64,000 bases of DNA, from NCBI GenBank assembly GCA_951406725.2, contig OX597823.1, forward strand, positions 47,554,001 to 47,618,000. The letters run 5' to 3'. Position 1 is the first letter of the stretch, and the number at the start of each line of letters is the position of its first letter. The DNA comes from Octopus vulgaris. Its lineage: Eukaryota. Positions 36,341 through 50,460 of this stretch are shown here, one piece after another. The position numbers and the translations under genes are program-made. The notes below the pieces were generated by a model that was not told the origin of the DNA, searched no databases, and saw only the letters and a program-made list of their open reading frames with translations.

Positions 36341-37209
36341 AATAATTCTTTATCCCCTTCAGGTTATATGCAGATTTGCAATAACTTTCAACGTAAATCT
36401 CCCCAATCAGTTTAAGATTCTATTGGTATATGTTTATCATTTCATTACATCATTTTCTCATTGACATCTTTGGAACCCTTCGACTAAATTTATTTGATAA
36501 GTTTTCCAAATCCCCTATTCAAGCGTTAACATGCAGCGTATTAAACCATTTTAGCATTATCTGAAGTGTTTCATTTCTCTCCATGTCTACCTTCCTTGCA
36601 GTGCAGTTTTATTGAAAGACTAACAGTGGCTGGGCTGTCTGCATCAGCTTTATGTTTCTTATCATGCTGCATTGCTACATAGACTGTTAGCAGCTTTCTT
36701 GCTGCTTTAATTGCTATGGGCCCGTCTCTTCCAGTGTTATTTAAAGTGTAAATAGCCACAGGGTTTATTAATTTTTTTTCATTTTTCCTACTCCTTTTTG
36801 ACTTTTAAATTTTCATTTCCCCTCAATTATTCTAATATATAAAAAAAAAGCAAAATGGTTTATCATTAGTTTTGAATGTACCTTGTGTGGTTATTTGTAG
36901 ATTTTCTTTGACTTTGAACCTCAAATATAAATCATAAATTTGTGCATTTTGCTTTTCTTAGTGACCTGTGTGAAGAATCTTTGTTTTATTCTCTCAATAT
37001 ATGCTTTATTTATAGCATATTTTGAGGAGTATATCTGCCTTTAAAGGTCAAAATCCAATGATTGTTCCCAAATAGTGTGAATTGTTTTCTAACCAAATTT
37101 TCAGTTCGGTTTTCATTCTCAGGATCATTTGTATGTTAATATAACATTTTGTTTTATTTCTTCCTATTCCCTGTTGTAATGTTTAAGAAGAAACTGTAAC
37201 TTATCATTC

Positions 37210-37578
37210 ATATATATATATGTGTGTGTGTGTATGTATGTATCTATATATTTGAATATATATGTGTGTGTATATATATGTATATATACATATATGCATG
37301 TGTATATATATATGTATATATATGTGTATATATATATACGTATATAAATGTATATTTATATATATGTATATTTATATATATATATATATGTATATATATA
37401 CACATGTGTATATATATCTATATATATATATATACATACATATATATATATACATATACATAGATATATGTACATATATATACATATATATATACATATA
37501 TATATATATAGATATATACATACATATTTATATATACATATATATATACATATACATAGATATATGTACATATATATA

Positions 37579-37621
<43 letters not shown>

Positions 37622-37675
37622 TATGATATATATATACACAGATGTATATACATACACACATACATATATATATAC
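37210..37675. repeat. Long degenerate (TA)n/(TACA)n array
   Basis: Directly visible. Confidence 0.95.
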
Positions 37676-38206
37676 GCTGATGATATAAGTGTTTCATATA
37701 AAGATGAATGCATACATACAAATATCTGATGTGGAAACACATCATGCATATGTGTTGATTTTAGACCTTGAAATTGTGCCATCCAGCTAATGTATACAAA
37801 AAAAAAATGGTGGGGTGGGGGGATATTAACAACAACAACAAAAAATGTGGTATGCTTAGTAATGAAATACTAATTCTTTAGATTATATATATATATATTA
37901 GCTTTTTGAGCTCCCTTCTGCAAAAAAATAAATATAATGTATTTTTAATTTTGGGAATTGAAATTAATTCAGGGTCAGGTGGTGGCTACAATGCTCCCTA
38001 ATTTACAAGGAGCAATTAATTAGAAACAATGTGATATGCCTAAGTATTATTGTAATTCCAAACTTTTGTTTCTTCCACAAAAAAAATATTAGATACCCTG
38101 CAGCTAATGTAAAAAAGAATATATAAAATTTATGTGGATGGCATTATTTCCTATGCATTCACTAATATATATATGTGTGTGTGTTTGTATATATATATAT
38201 ATATAT

Positions 38207-38274
<68 letters not shown>

Positions 38275-39504
38275 GTATGTATGCATATATATGTATGTAT
38301 GTATATTTATGTGTTTGTGCATGTGTGTAATGTATATTTTTTCTGAGCATATAAGAAATATATATCTGTACATGTAACCAGTCTTTCGCTTCAGAAATTT
38401 TAGTATTTTCCACATTTTATAAAAAAAAAAAGAAGAAAAGAAAAGAAAATGAAAAATACAAGAAAGCGGAAGAATGAAATATGGTATAAGTTTTGTAGAA
38501 ACTGGAAGGTAAAGGCCAAAACTAACCCATATTTTGATTCGTGTTGATCATTTAAAGATTTCAGAAAGCTTTTATTTACAGTATATTTAACCCTATTTAA
38601 TTCCAATTTCACTTGTTCATTTCCAAGCTCCCTCCATTCTAGAAACTTCATAACTAACTAATATTATGGTTGTACAAATTTGGTATGATGAACAATGAGG
38701 TGATTCTCTTGTTCTCTAAACCTGAAATAATTCCATCCAACGACCCATCCCATCTCCCCTTGCCTGCCTGGTAAACTGCTTAAAGAGAAAAACGAAATAG
38801 TAAATTAAATTTTTTTTTTCTTTTTTTTTTTTTAATCACACCTTAAAGCATGCATGGCCAAGACAGCAGCAATGATAGTGTACAAGGGGAACAAAAATCA
38901 TCTTTGAAACATCTTTTGTCTATTTCTTGCCATCAATTTGAGAGTTCTTCTGAACAGTCAATACCTGTTAAAGAATACACTCTACTATGTGTTGTTCCCA
39001 GTCTCTCTTAGATGGCTTCCACATAAATGTTGGCTGTGGTTTTTCTTCCTCCCTCCCCCACCCACCTGCTTTAGTTGTTTATCTGGATCTAAAGGAGAGG
39101 TTTGCAGTTTTAAAAAAAAAATTACATAAATATTTATACCTCTATTCTATACAAAATTACCAAAAATTTTACTGTTTTTGTTTTTGCTGATATTTCAACA
39201 AATTAATTAATTAACCAGATTATCTTTGACTATGTTATTTTAAAGCATGTGCTAGGTCCAGTAGTTAGGTTTTAAATGTTCTGGTATATAGAATCTATAA
39301 GTGGTTGCTTAAGAAATAACATACCGTCATTTAAATCATATCACATCTGTCCCTCATTCATTCTCACTGCACTTTCTTTTCCATAACTCATTATCAGCAT
39401 TTCTTTGATTCTATCCCATGTAACTACTTGTTCTAATAGTAATACAAGCAAGTTTTAAACTGAAGAGGCTTTGTCTTAACATAGCTATTCAAACCTTCCT
39501 AAGT

Positions 39505-39820
39505 TTGCTAATGTGTCTTTCATTGATGTCTATTAGAGAACCCGCACCTACTTATTGGTGGTCAGTCTTGGCTAGCTTTCATTGATGTCTGTGTTAGGAA
39601 ACTCATGTATTTGTCAAAATTCAACTATAGCCATATTTCATTGATTTCAATTGTCTGTCTGTCAGCAATCAGTCTTGACCATCTTTCATTGATATCTATA
39701 ATAGAAAAACTCATTTGTCTAGCTGTCAGGAATCAGGAATCAGCCCTGACCATCACTCATTGATGTCTGTGTTAGGAAACTCATCTGTTTACCTATCAGG
39801 AGTCAGTCCTGGCCATCCTT
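39505..39820. repeat. Degenerate minisatellite, ~48-71-bp units with invariant core TCATTGAT (5 copies)
   Basis: Core-containing units start at about 39517, 39576, 39635, 39683 and 39754; shared flanks tcagtcttg(g/a)ccat and gtctgtgttaggaaactcat. Confidence 0.85.
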
Positions 39821-42800
39821 CTTGCCAAATGATCCTTTTTGTTGCAACATTTATTCATTGTTGGTACGATTTCCTTGGATCAGTATAATCAAGAACAAAG
39901 AACTTTTGGCCAATGTCTTTTATAAGAAAGAAACTAACTTTCCTTTCTGTTTATGTCACTACTGGACAGTTTGATGATGTCAAAAAAAATCATGAGGTGT
40001 TTATTCATAAGTCTAATCAGATATTTTCTTTCTGAAAAGGATGGAGTTGCTCTCTTGAGTTCCAAGTTAACTTTGTTTCTGATTTATTTCTTATACAAAA
40101 GTAAAAAGAAGTCTAATAATAATTTGCTTTTGTAACTCACTAATTAATCTTCCTTTCTTCTTCCTATTGGAACCTAACCAAAGCAGTTCTTAAAGAGAAA
40201 TTCTAAACTCAGGCATTATAAAAATTGGTAGTCAATCTGAAAACTCATTTGCAATCTACTCTGAGTAAAAACAAAAATATTCCAAACTTCTTTACCAGTT
40301 CTTATTTTCAGTTTCCTCTTGTGTACAGAGCTCAAGTAGATCATGAGAGTTATCTGTAGCAACAATTAATCATAGTTCATTTCAACAGCTTTTGTTGTTA
40401 GCAATATGGCAAGATCTTTTTCATCTTGACTTAGAATCCGATTGGCTTCAGATACTGCCTCATGGTCTATTTTGGTTTGAACTGGAATATTTTATTAGAT
40501 GTTTTTCATATATTTTGCATAATTTTATTGAGACAGACAATAATTATAATTTCTTTACTATAATAGTTTTATTAGTTGAAGTAGTGCTGTGATGTGTGAA
40601 GTGATTTGTAAATTGGTTATTATAAATATTGTTTATAATATTGTTTATTTATGTCTCTTACATGATTAAGCAATATTACGAATATGGTTTAATTATGTTG
40701 GAGAATTTTCTCTGCATTCAGTTATTTCATTCAATCCCACAAATATACCATTAACCATTGATAAGAAACATTTTAAGGTTTATCAACCAAATATGTTGGA
40801 ATATATATATGAATATATATCTTTATATATATATATATATATATAAACTCCTGAAATTTCACATTATAGCTGTTATAAATGGAATTTAAAAGGGGTGATG
40901 TAAAAGTGAAATATTTTCTCTTAATAAAATATCTGATGTCCAGATGATGAGTTTTGGGAGTGAAAATATGGATAAATCTGGAAATCTCTCATTATACATG
41001 CTCCTTCGCTCCCTCAATAAAAGACCAATGCTTATCTCACAGAAATTAATTATATTTTTACAGGTCATATTTATCCTAGTTATTCTACATTTCACAGTTT
41101 TATTTCACTTTACTCTATTACATTTCAGTTTCTCTAGCTGAGGGCAGAAAATAATAAAATGTTTGAAGCTTTCTAAAAACAAACAAACAAACAAGAAATA
41201 AAAAAAAAAGAACAAGACATTACACACATGCACTATAAGTTTTTATATTTTATTTTCCATGGGCAATTCTTTCTGTCCAATTTGGGTAATCTCATTTTTA
41301 TCATTATAACATCACTATAAAAAGTTAAAGGTTATAACATTCTTTTTCCTCCAATTTGAAAACTTATTTTTTATCATTTTTTTACAAAAGAAAAATATTT
41401 AAAAAAAAAAAAGAAACTTCTCTTACTATATATATATAATTCAAATTATAACAATGAAATAGAATGCAAATGTCTAGATATCACAATTAAGGATGTGTTG
41501 AAATGAAATCAGTACAAAGTTATGGTACTGGGATGATAGAATACAATTGACTATTATATTCAATGCTTATGGTTTATGTGTGGTTAAGAGTGATACAATG
41601 TAAACTAGTTTTGAATACTTTTTTTTTTTTTCGTTATCTCAATATATTACATTTCGCAACTTGGCTAATGTTCTTGTTTAGTGATTTTGCAATAATGGGT
41701 GGACTTGTGCATCATACTCAACAATAGCCAAGTGTTGAAGGAAAAGCATATTTTCAATGAAAATTAGAACAAGATACAGCAACAAACAAAACGCCAGTAA
41801 ATACTGCTTTGGTCTTGGAGTGTTTCATGTTAATATTCAGTCGTATTGGAACTGATCTATTTTTTATTCCATATGTCTGAATTAATGGTTTTTAGCTGGT
41901 TATATTAAGCTTCACCAAAAACAAAAAAAAGATGAAAACAAAGTAAAAAAAAAATGATGATAATAATAATAATAATAATAATAATGTACTTAAATGTTGC
42001 TCATGTGTTCCAAATTAGTAATCTAGCATCATATATGGAAAACTCGGATTTTCCCTTATTGTAAGCTTTCCTGGAGACAACAGTATTGGCCTCATTGTTT
42101 CTAGCTTATCATTTAGTTCTGGTGGAAGAAGAAACTCTTCCACAGAACAATATTATTATTATATCAGGAGAACTGAAACATAAAACAGCAACAGCAACAA
42201 CAACAGGGTGGATTGAAGAACCTGAAAAAGTTTCATTTCTCAAAAAACAAAACAAAAAAAAAACTTGTTTTTAAACTTTTTCTTTTTGTAGCAAGGAAGG
42301 GGAGAGCAGGAATTTTGTTTCCCTATAATATTAATTTGTGATATGTGTATTCAACAAGAAGAATCCATGTTTAAGACAGGTCTTGCTTGGATCTTAAACT
42401 CTATTCTTAATAAATAAAAAAATGTATGTAAAAAGAATAAGAAAGACAAAAATATAATGAAAAAGAAAAAAGATATATATATATATATGTACTAAATACT
42501 TATTCAGCCTAAAATTCTTCCTGTGTTGCTATCTGCTTCCATCTGGAGGTAGATTACAGATCGTGGTATTTTTTAGCAAAAGAAAAGTTGAAAATTAAAA
42601 AAAAAATCAAAAAGAAAAAAATAAACAAATAAAAAAAATGACATGCATACATATGTATCCACACTCATACATATGTATTTCCTCTTAAACACACACATAC
42701 ACACATACATATTATATATATATACACATGTATATGCACTCCTACATACAGATATATAATGAAAATGGTGATATTGTTTGATTGTCAGCAGTTTTGAAAA

Positions 42801-44218
42801 GGAAGGTGAACATGTTTGTGTTGATGAAAAAATATATATATATATGTATATATATACATGTGTTCTTTTTTTTTAAATTTTTATGTTCTCTTCATCTTTT
42901 ACTGTTGCAACCTGGATAATATATTCACATCTCCAATATTCCCAAACTTGGAAAATATCAAAGTAAAGAATCACCAAGAACAATATTTTAATCATGTATG
43001 CAACATTTCTCAGGTTTTCATAATTCTCTGAAAGGTGAAGAGAAAAAAAAAATATGTGGGGGTGGGTTAACAGTTGTGAACATTGAATTTGTGTTTTATT
43101 CTATTTTTATGTGTTATAAATTTCTTCATTTTATGCTGTTCCTCTTAAGCTTTATAACAACAAAATTGAGTCTATTCCTTAAAAAGTATGGTTTCTATGA
43201 AATATTTTCCTATGAAAACAAATTTACATTCCAACATCTGGTGGCAAACTTCGGCAGTACCTTTTCCTTTTTTTTCTTTTTTCAATATGTTCCGAATTAC
43301 TGATTGTTAGTCAATCAATTTAAACGAAGAAAGGTAGTTTTTCTCCTACACCATTTTATTGATAAGTTTTCTGTTATTATTGTTGTGATGGCTTATTTAT
43401 TCATTAATTTATTTATTTTTTTGTTGTTTCCACAAACTGCCACTTTGATATTTTATCAACTACTGTCAAAAACAGAATGGTATGTATAATCTTAATCCTA
43501 GTTTCCAATATATTTTGTCTTCATGTTGCAGTCAAGTTTCTATTTTTCTATATTGTTTTATCATTGATTATTGTAAGGGGAAAAATTCTTGAAAAAAAAT
43601 TTATGTAGAACAGTTTTTTTTTTACTTCTTTTGTGTTTTCTGTTTTTTTTTTTCTTTTTAGAACTGCCCATTTTCTGTTAGATTCTGCTTTCAAACTTAG
43701 AAGAAAATGAAGAATTTAAAGTAAACTTTGAATCAATAAGCAATTCAAGAGTTTTCTGAAATGCCAGTTTATAAACATGACTGTTTAATTTTCATTGGTT
43801 ATTGCATTTACACTTGCAATCAGTTATTTCCGATTCATTCTTGTCCCCTTGATTCTTCTGACTAATCATCCTTACAATCAACGAACCAATGCTGTGAACC
43901 ATTTTGCTATAATACTCATTTTGTTTTGGTTACATTTATTCCATCAAATAATTGTTTGGTACAATTTAATTAATAATTCTGTAGTCACTCATTAGATTTT
44001 TATCTAGTATTTGTCAGGGTTTTTTTTTTTGTTGTTTGTTTTTGCATCTTCATTATATATAACTGCATTGCATATTTAGATTATCTTTGACAGACATGCT
44101 TATTAGATTGTTCCTTCCATTATGGTCGTCTCTGGAATGTTGTAGACTAAATGAAGCTACACAATTTCAGTAGTGTCCACTGGATAAGTACAAAAATAGT
44201 TTAGTCTGTTTAGCTTGT

Positions 44219-44232
44219 GTAACCATAGCAAC
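44219..44232. promoter_or_regulatory. RFX X-box-like motif
   Basis: GTAACCATAGCAAC is a 14-bp match to the GTNNCCATNGNAAC consensus, in a TE-poor block. Confidence 0.45.
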
Positions 44233-46091
44233 ATTTAGAATTGCTGACAAACAGGAATTATCAGTTTTGCTCTTAACTTTCACTATGTGAAATACAACAG
44301 TTCTTTGTTGCAAATAACTCAGGAAAAATAATCTAGATGGTTTTGTAGAATGGAATCAAGTCTTTGAATAAACCTGCTAGGACCATCTTGAACTACCTCT
44401 CCAGTTTTCTCCAGCAAGCAAAATTTGTTCAACTTATCAAGAACAAAAATTATTATTTATGTTTCCATAATGAACAAATTAAAAAAAAAAATTTAATTAT
44501 ATTGGTAGAATCAATTTTAATTGTAAATATGACCGGATTTTTTTCTTTTTTTTTTGTCTCTGATTACTCAAATCTTGACTAATTATAAGTATTTCCAAGT
44601 TTGTTGCAATAGTTTTCATCTTTTTCCAAGATGCTTAAATTATGTTCCCTTATATAATTACTATATTAGAATGGCTTTTTTCCCTTTCAACTAAATACAT
44701 TCTTGTAGACTGACATTCTTGAGAGTCTGTTTTGGATAAAAGGGAGTAAAACAATAAATAGAATTACGAGGAAAATTTTGATAGATTATGTTGAGCTGGT
44801 CAGAACAATATCTGGATTGGATGGTGAGGTTTTAAATTGACCTGGAAAGAGAGAAAGAATGAGAGAGAGAGAGAGAGAGAGATCAATTAGTGTCATATCT
44901 AATGAATTAGTTATAAACTGTAATTATCATGATATCTGGCTTTCATTAAAGGTTATATGAGAATATTAAGAACTACCATTATTAGACACAATTTAATGTT
45001 AAACATGAAAATGGATTCCATCAAACTATTTATTTACCGATTAATTGCAAATTATTATTAAGCAAAATGTATTTGGAAAGCCAGTATGTTTATTTTTAAT
45101 CCAAAATTATGCAGCAGTTTGAAATTAGTTTAATATATCTAATGTATGAGATAAGAGTGCAAAAAATGTTAAATACAAAGAAGAGGTGTCATATTGTTTG
45201 ATGTGTTTCAGGAGATCATAATATCGAATGTATTCAGATGTATAGAATGAGGGGGGGGGGAGTACAGCATATGGATGTTTGTCTTTCAAAATATATTTTC
45301 TTGCAATATCAATGTCTTTCTCAGGTACAATAGATTTATCTCATTTGCATAAAACAAGCACATAAATATATCAAATCATTCATATGCACATACACACACA
45401 CATACATACATGGTGTAATGGTTTTGCATATATTAAATTAGTGTACATTTTGTTCATAGATGATGTCGGATCTCAGTTACATGATTGCTGTTAAAATGCT
45501 CAATAGCTATTCTTTCTCATATTAGCCATCTTAATATAGCCTACCATTCGACATTTTATGCCATGACACCACTATTAAATATTGTAGATAAGGCCTCGCT
45601 GTCTAACCTTCTTCATTAGCAATGAAAGTTTTCTCACTGTTTTGTTAAGATTTTCCTACAGGGTGGTTACAATACTAAAATACAGCTTTTTATTCTTCTG
45701 TATATATAGGTGTTAAACAATATGTGGACAAAGCAGGTAGGGGGCCCTTGTGGGGTAAATGCAATTTTCATTCAAGAGTTTACGTTTTAGCAAATCTGAC
45801 AAATATTTATTCTGTGAATACTAAAATCAAAAACTTGAGTTTATTCTGGAAGAATTTATATTCATGAGTGGATACCTTAAATTGTGAACTTTAATACTGC
45901 AATAAAACTACAAAATTCATAACCAAAACAAAATTAGTTGACCAACAAATGAAGTATCTGGATTTCATCTTGATATTCTTCAAGGCAAATTAAATAATCT
46001 ATTTTATCTTATCTCATTGCTTAGTCAGAAGAAACAGAACTGGGCATTAAGTTTTTGTAGGCCTTCCTCCAATATGTAAACTACAATATCA

Positions 46092-46122
<31 letters not shown>

Positions 46123-48372
46123 TCCAGGGGATCCCAAGTTCAAAGAAGCTATGTCTGGTCACTAAGAATAAAGAACTCAAAGATAAGTCTGAGGGGGAAT
46201 AAATACACAGGCACACATACATGTGTGTATGTGTGTGTCTTTATATAAACACACATATTAATCTATATACATTGTATATTTATGAAAAAGATATACCTTA
46301 CGTTACATTCCAAATTAGCCCCCACTAAAATAACAAATATTATATAGCTTTATTAATTAGTTATGTCATTACATGCATTGTTATGCAAATTAGACAGATA
46401 AGTTTAGCTGTCGAAGTTTGTATAGACTATAATTATATCTATGTTTCGTGGGCAGAAGTTGGATATTCTTTCTCTAAGCAAGGTCTAAGAAGATCAAAAG
46501 CTAGCCAGATTGACCTCACTTTTGCTGCCTGTGGAGAGATTAAAATCCTTTAGTGTTATCACTTTGCTAACTTTTCACAACAAAGCTAAATTTGTTTGTT
46601 TGTCAGAAAAGGTTGTATCTTGTTATGTTGCAAATAATATACATGACGGAATTGTAATATTGATCTCTTGTAATAACTTATGAACAATTCAATCAGCTGA
46701 AATCAATATTGAATCAAAGTTAGTTTCACATAATCCCTGTTAGTCATATTGGAATGGGTGCTTTCCAATAAGGCTGATTGAAGAATTAGGTGGTAATCAT
46801 GAAAAGAAACTTTGAATTTCAGTCGATATTGGTTTCAGCTAACACACAGGTATACACAGACACACACACACACACACATATGAGAAAAATAGAATTCCAT
46901 CATTATCTCTTGTTTTGTCCTGTTCTCAATTCTGATTTCTTTTGTCAAATGTGCAGTTTCTTAGTTCCACCATAACTACCTCATCCCATCTAAGAATGGC
47001 TGGATGTGTAATGTGACTAAGAGAGAAAAAAAAAAAATTATAAGAATCGGTCAAGATAACCTGATTTGCAGTTATAGAGTCTGAATGTCATTTACTAGGA
47101 AGGACATAATATGAACAGTTAATGGAAACCAAATAAATGACGGCTATGTTGCTAGTTCATAAGTTCAAGAGAATCATGTAAAGTTTCATATATCTCTGGG
47201 AAAGCCCTTACTCTGCTCAGCAGCACTGAAAGCTTTTCTCTTTATTTTCATTCTATGTCCTGATCAGTTCTATATGTTAGGTACTTAGCTATTATTGATG
47301 TTGCATTGCTTCAACATCCAACATATATGTTTTCTCATGGATTCTAAACAATTAACTTTCAACCTTTGAGTATTCCAACTCAATCCGGTTGTCTTGAACT
47401 GTTATAGCATTTTCAGACAGCACCAGACTATCAAAGTGTGAAGCAACTGCCCTTTCTAACTAAAATCAATTACAATAAATTCAAATCTATCAAACTACTT
47501 TCTTACTTTATAGCCAGAGTCTGCTATTTTCTTTGCTATATTAAAATACCTATTCTCTATGGCAGGTGAGCATTTTGGATGCTTAAATAATCTAACACTG
47601 TCGAATGATTTGAAGATTCTTCAAAAAGGATTCTTCAGTATTTCTATATTACTTTATTCTTTTAGAAGTTACTTTTGAAGAGTGATTTTTTTAAAAAAGC
47701 TAGCTACTATTTAATCCAATGGTTAATTAACTCTTCTTTCACCATTACAATTTGTTGGAAAACATTCTTCATCACTAACAAAAACACTCTTTAATTATTT
47801 TTTCCTTTTAGATATTCTCAATGCTGGCTTTTTTTTTATCAAAGCTGGCAGGGTTTTCTATAAACTTCCATGTGATGGATTGAATTGGCAGGTAAATGAT
47901 GACAACCACAACATCAGAAATCATCAAAAATTAAGATTAAACTTGATTTGTTTATATAAAGGCAGGGATATTTCTCAGGGAATATACGATAAACAGAGAC
48001 GGAAGATGATTGATATGTAATATATTGATGTTGATATGCAATATCTCATACTGATATTGATTATGTTTTAATTAGAAATACATACGTTCCTACATACATA
48101 TATATATATATGTGTGTGTGTGTGTATGTATGTATATGCATGTGTTCCAGGGTGAATGGTACACATTCATTAGTTGTGTTATTTGTGTGTCTATGAATTC
48201 AAATAGAGCAACAATTACAATAATTTTATCATTAATGAGAAAGTACTTGTACTTTGAAATGTTATAACCTATCCCAAGCACTGGAATTTTACAAGGCATT
48301 TGTCTATGTCTTACTAAATATATGTCAATCCATGCATAATTTCAAGCATATATGCTAGTATGCAGATACATC

Positions 48373-48409
<37 letters not shown>

Positions 48410-48429
48410 CACACACACAAACAGATACA

Positions 48430-48905
48430 AGCATGGCTGTATTGTTTGGAAGTTCACTTCCCAACCATGTGGTTGGTCCTAACGTAATGTTGGGCAGGTG
48501 TCTTCTACTATAGCCCTGGGTGACCAGAAGCCTATCATAAATGTGTGTGTATGTATATATATATATATAAAATATATATGTCTGTGTGAGTGTTTGTATG
48601 TTTCCCTCATGTTTACTGGTTTCCAAACAGTGACTCCCTGCAGTTCACCCACAAGAGCTTGTTGACATGTTGCACAAAACTTTGTAAACAAGACTCATTT
48701 ATTAGGTGTTGTTTGTTTCTAATTCCCCAAGTAAAACGTGTACAGATTACTGGTTGTTTTATCGACTGGGAGATTTTTTTTTTATCAAAAACTGGGGTGG
48801 GTGACAGGAAAATCATCCAGCCATAGGATAATTCTGCCTCATTGTATTTTCATCTGCCCCTCTAACCCATACAAGCATGGAAAAGTAGATATTAAAATGA
48901 TAATG
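48430..48905 (+). mobile_element. Composite SINE (family A head, internal microsatellite, family C tail)
   Basis: Head gcatggctgt...ttgggcaggtgtcttctactatagccc; tail ggtgacaggaaaatcatccagcc...aacccatacaagcatggaaaag...atgataatg. Confidence 0.65.
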
Positions 48906-50231
48906 AATATATATGTATATATATATGTGTGTGTGTGTGTATATATATATATAGACAGACACACGTATATACATTATATTATATTATATTATATTGACAT
49001 TTGTTTTTTATGTTCAGTTGTAATAAAAATAATTTTACATTAATCTGTTGGGTTACTCTATACTTCTATAGGGCATAAATTTATTATTCTTATACAAGAA
49101 AATTATTGACAGTGATGTCAAAGCTTGAGCCTTTTAAGCCATCTCAACAACAACTTAACATGCCAAAACTTTGAAGTTACTGTCAAAAATATTCTTGTGT
49201 AAGAATGATATATATAAACCTTCAGAACAGCTTACAATGTAATGTTATCTGACTGCTTCACTGGACTTCTCATGTGGCTACATGGCTGGCTGAAAATAGT
49301 AGCAAAATTTCTCACCAAAACACATACATGACCATTTCAAAAATTGGAAAGATATTGTATAATGCAATCTCAATAAGCACTGTATCTGAAAATTTGACGA
49401 AATGGTCTTTGACTAAATGGTCTCTGATCATAGAGGTCTGCTAGATCAAGGCTTAACTTGGAATTAAACAGGAATAGTGACCTACAAAGTATTTAATGAT
49501 ATACTATTTAATCAAAGTCGTACCTCACTCTATATTGTCGCACGTTGACATGAAAATAATTCCTGATCTTCAAGCAGTAAACATCAGTTGGTGTGTGTGT
49601 GTATGTGTGTGCATAGTAGTGTTGTTTAAGGCAGGGAACCATAACTACATGAGGCAATTAAAAGAATTGTTCTTCCACTGGAAGAAGAGGGCCGCTACAA
49701 CCCACAGTGGAATAAGGAGATTATGATTGGTCTGATGAGTTATTATATTGTTTTAAAGTATTTATTTGATAGTTTCAAATAAAACAGAAAGAGATAAGGA
49801 GCGAAAGAGAAGTGGGCAAGGAAAATCGACTGAAGACAGATAGTGTTTTCTATGCCATTTCCATATAAGGTTGAACTGGTATGTTTTGTAGGGAAAACTT
49901 CATTGAAACCAACGATAAAGTCAAATGTACCATTTAGAACTATCTGCTTCAATGGTCGCTGTATAAAATATATCATCTGACCCCTTAAGGTCACCATGCA
50001 TGCTCACACACTCTTGCAGCTATCATGTAATCACCCAACATTCTCATCACTCATTTGCACCTATCTTGCTATGTATCTGTTGTAGCTCCATCTCTGTTTC
50101 TTCAAAGTTACAAATTTTGGTTATTCTTAAGCTGGTATTGACTAAAGGCACTTCTTTTCAATTTCGCTTGTAGTCAGTTCTGTTTCTAAGTTAATATTCC
50201 TCCCTTTACTATTTGTGGTTATGTCAGCTCT

Positions 50232-50460
50232 TTAACTCTCTAGCATTCAGGTTATTCTGTCAAATGTTATGGTTATTTATTCACACTGTTTTGAATTAAT
50301 CATGCATTATCTCAAAGCTTTAAGATTTTGATGAGGTAACTTTTAATTTTTAGAATGATATTATATGATTGGTGTGAGAGCCCACATTTGGCTAGTTTGT
50401 GCATAAAAGCAGGTAGAATATTTTGACTAGATATGGCCAGTTCAAATGCTAAGCGGTTAA
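50232..50460. mobile_element. piggyBac-type (TTAA) MITE, ~225 bp
   Basis: ttaa-ctctctagcatt ... aatgctaagcgg-ttaa; colinear second copy at 55185-55413. Confidence 0.75.

Noticed and set aside
36571-36759. 62-aa minus-strand ORF with normal composition
   Set aside because: Non-ATG start, no recognisable domain and no convincing splice sites; may be a non-coding conserved island.
39505-39820. CRISPR-like repeat/spacer appearance
   Set aside because: Eukaryotic context, core of only 8-12 bp, spacers related to each other, no cas genes.
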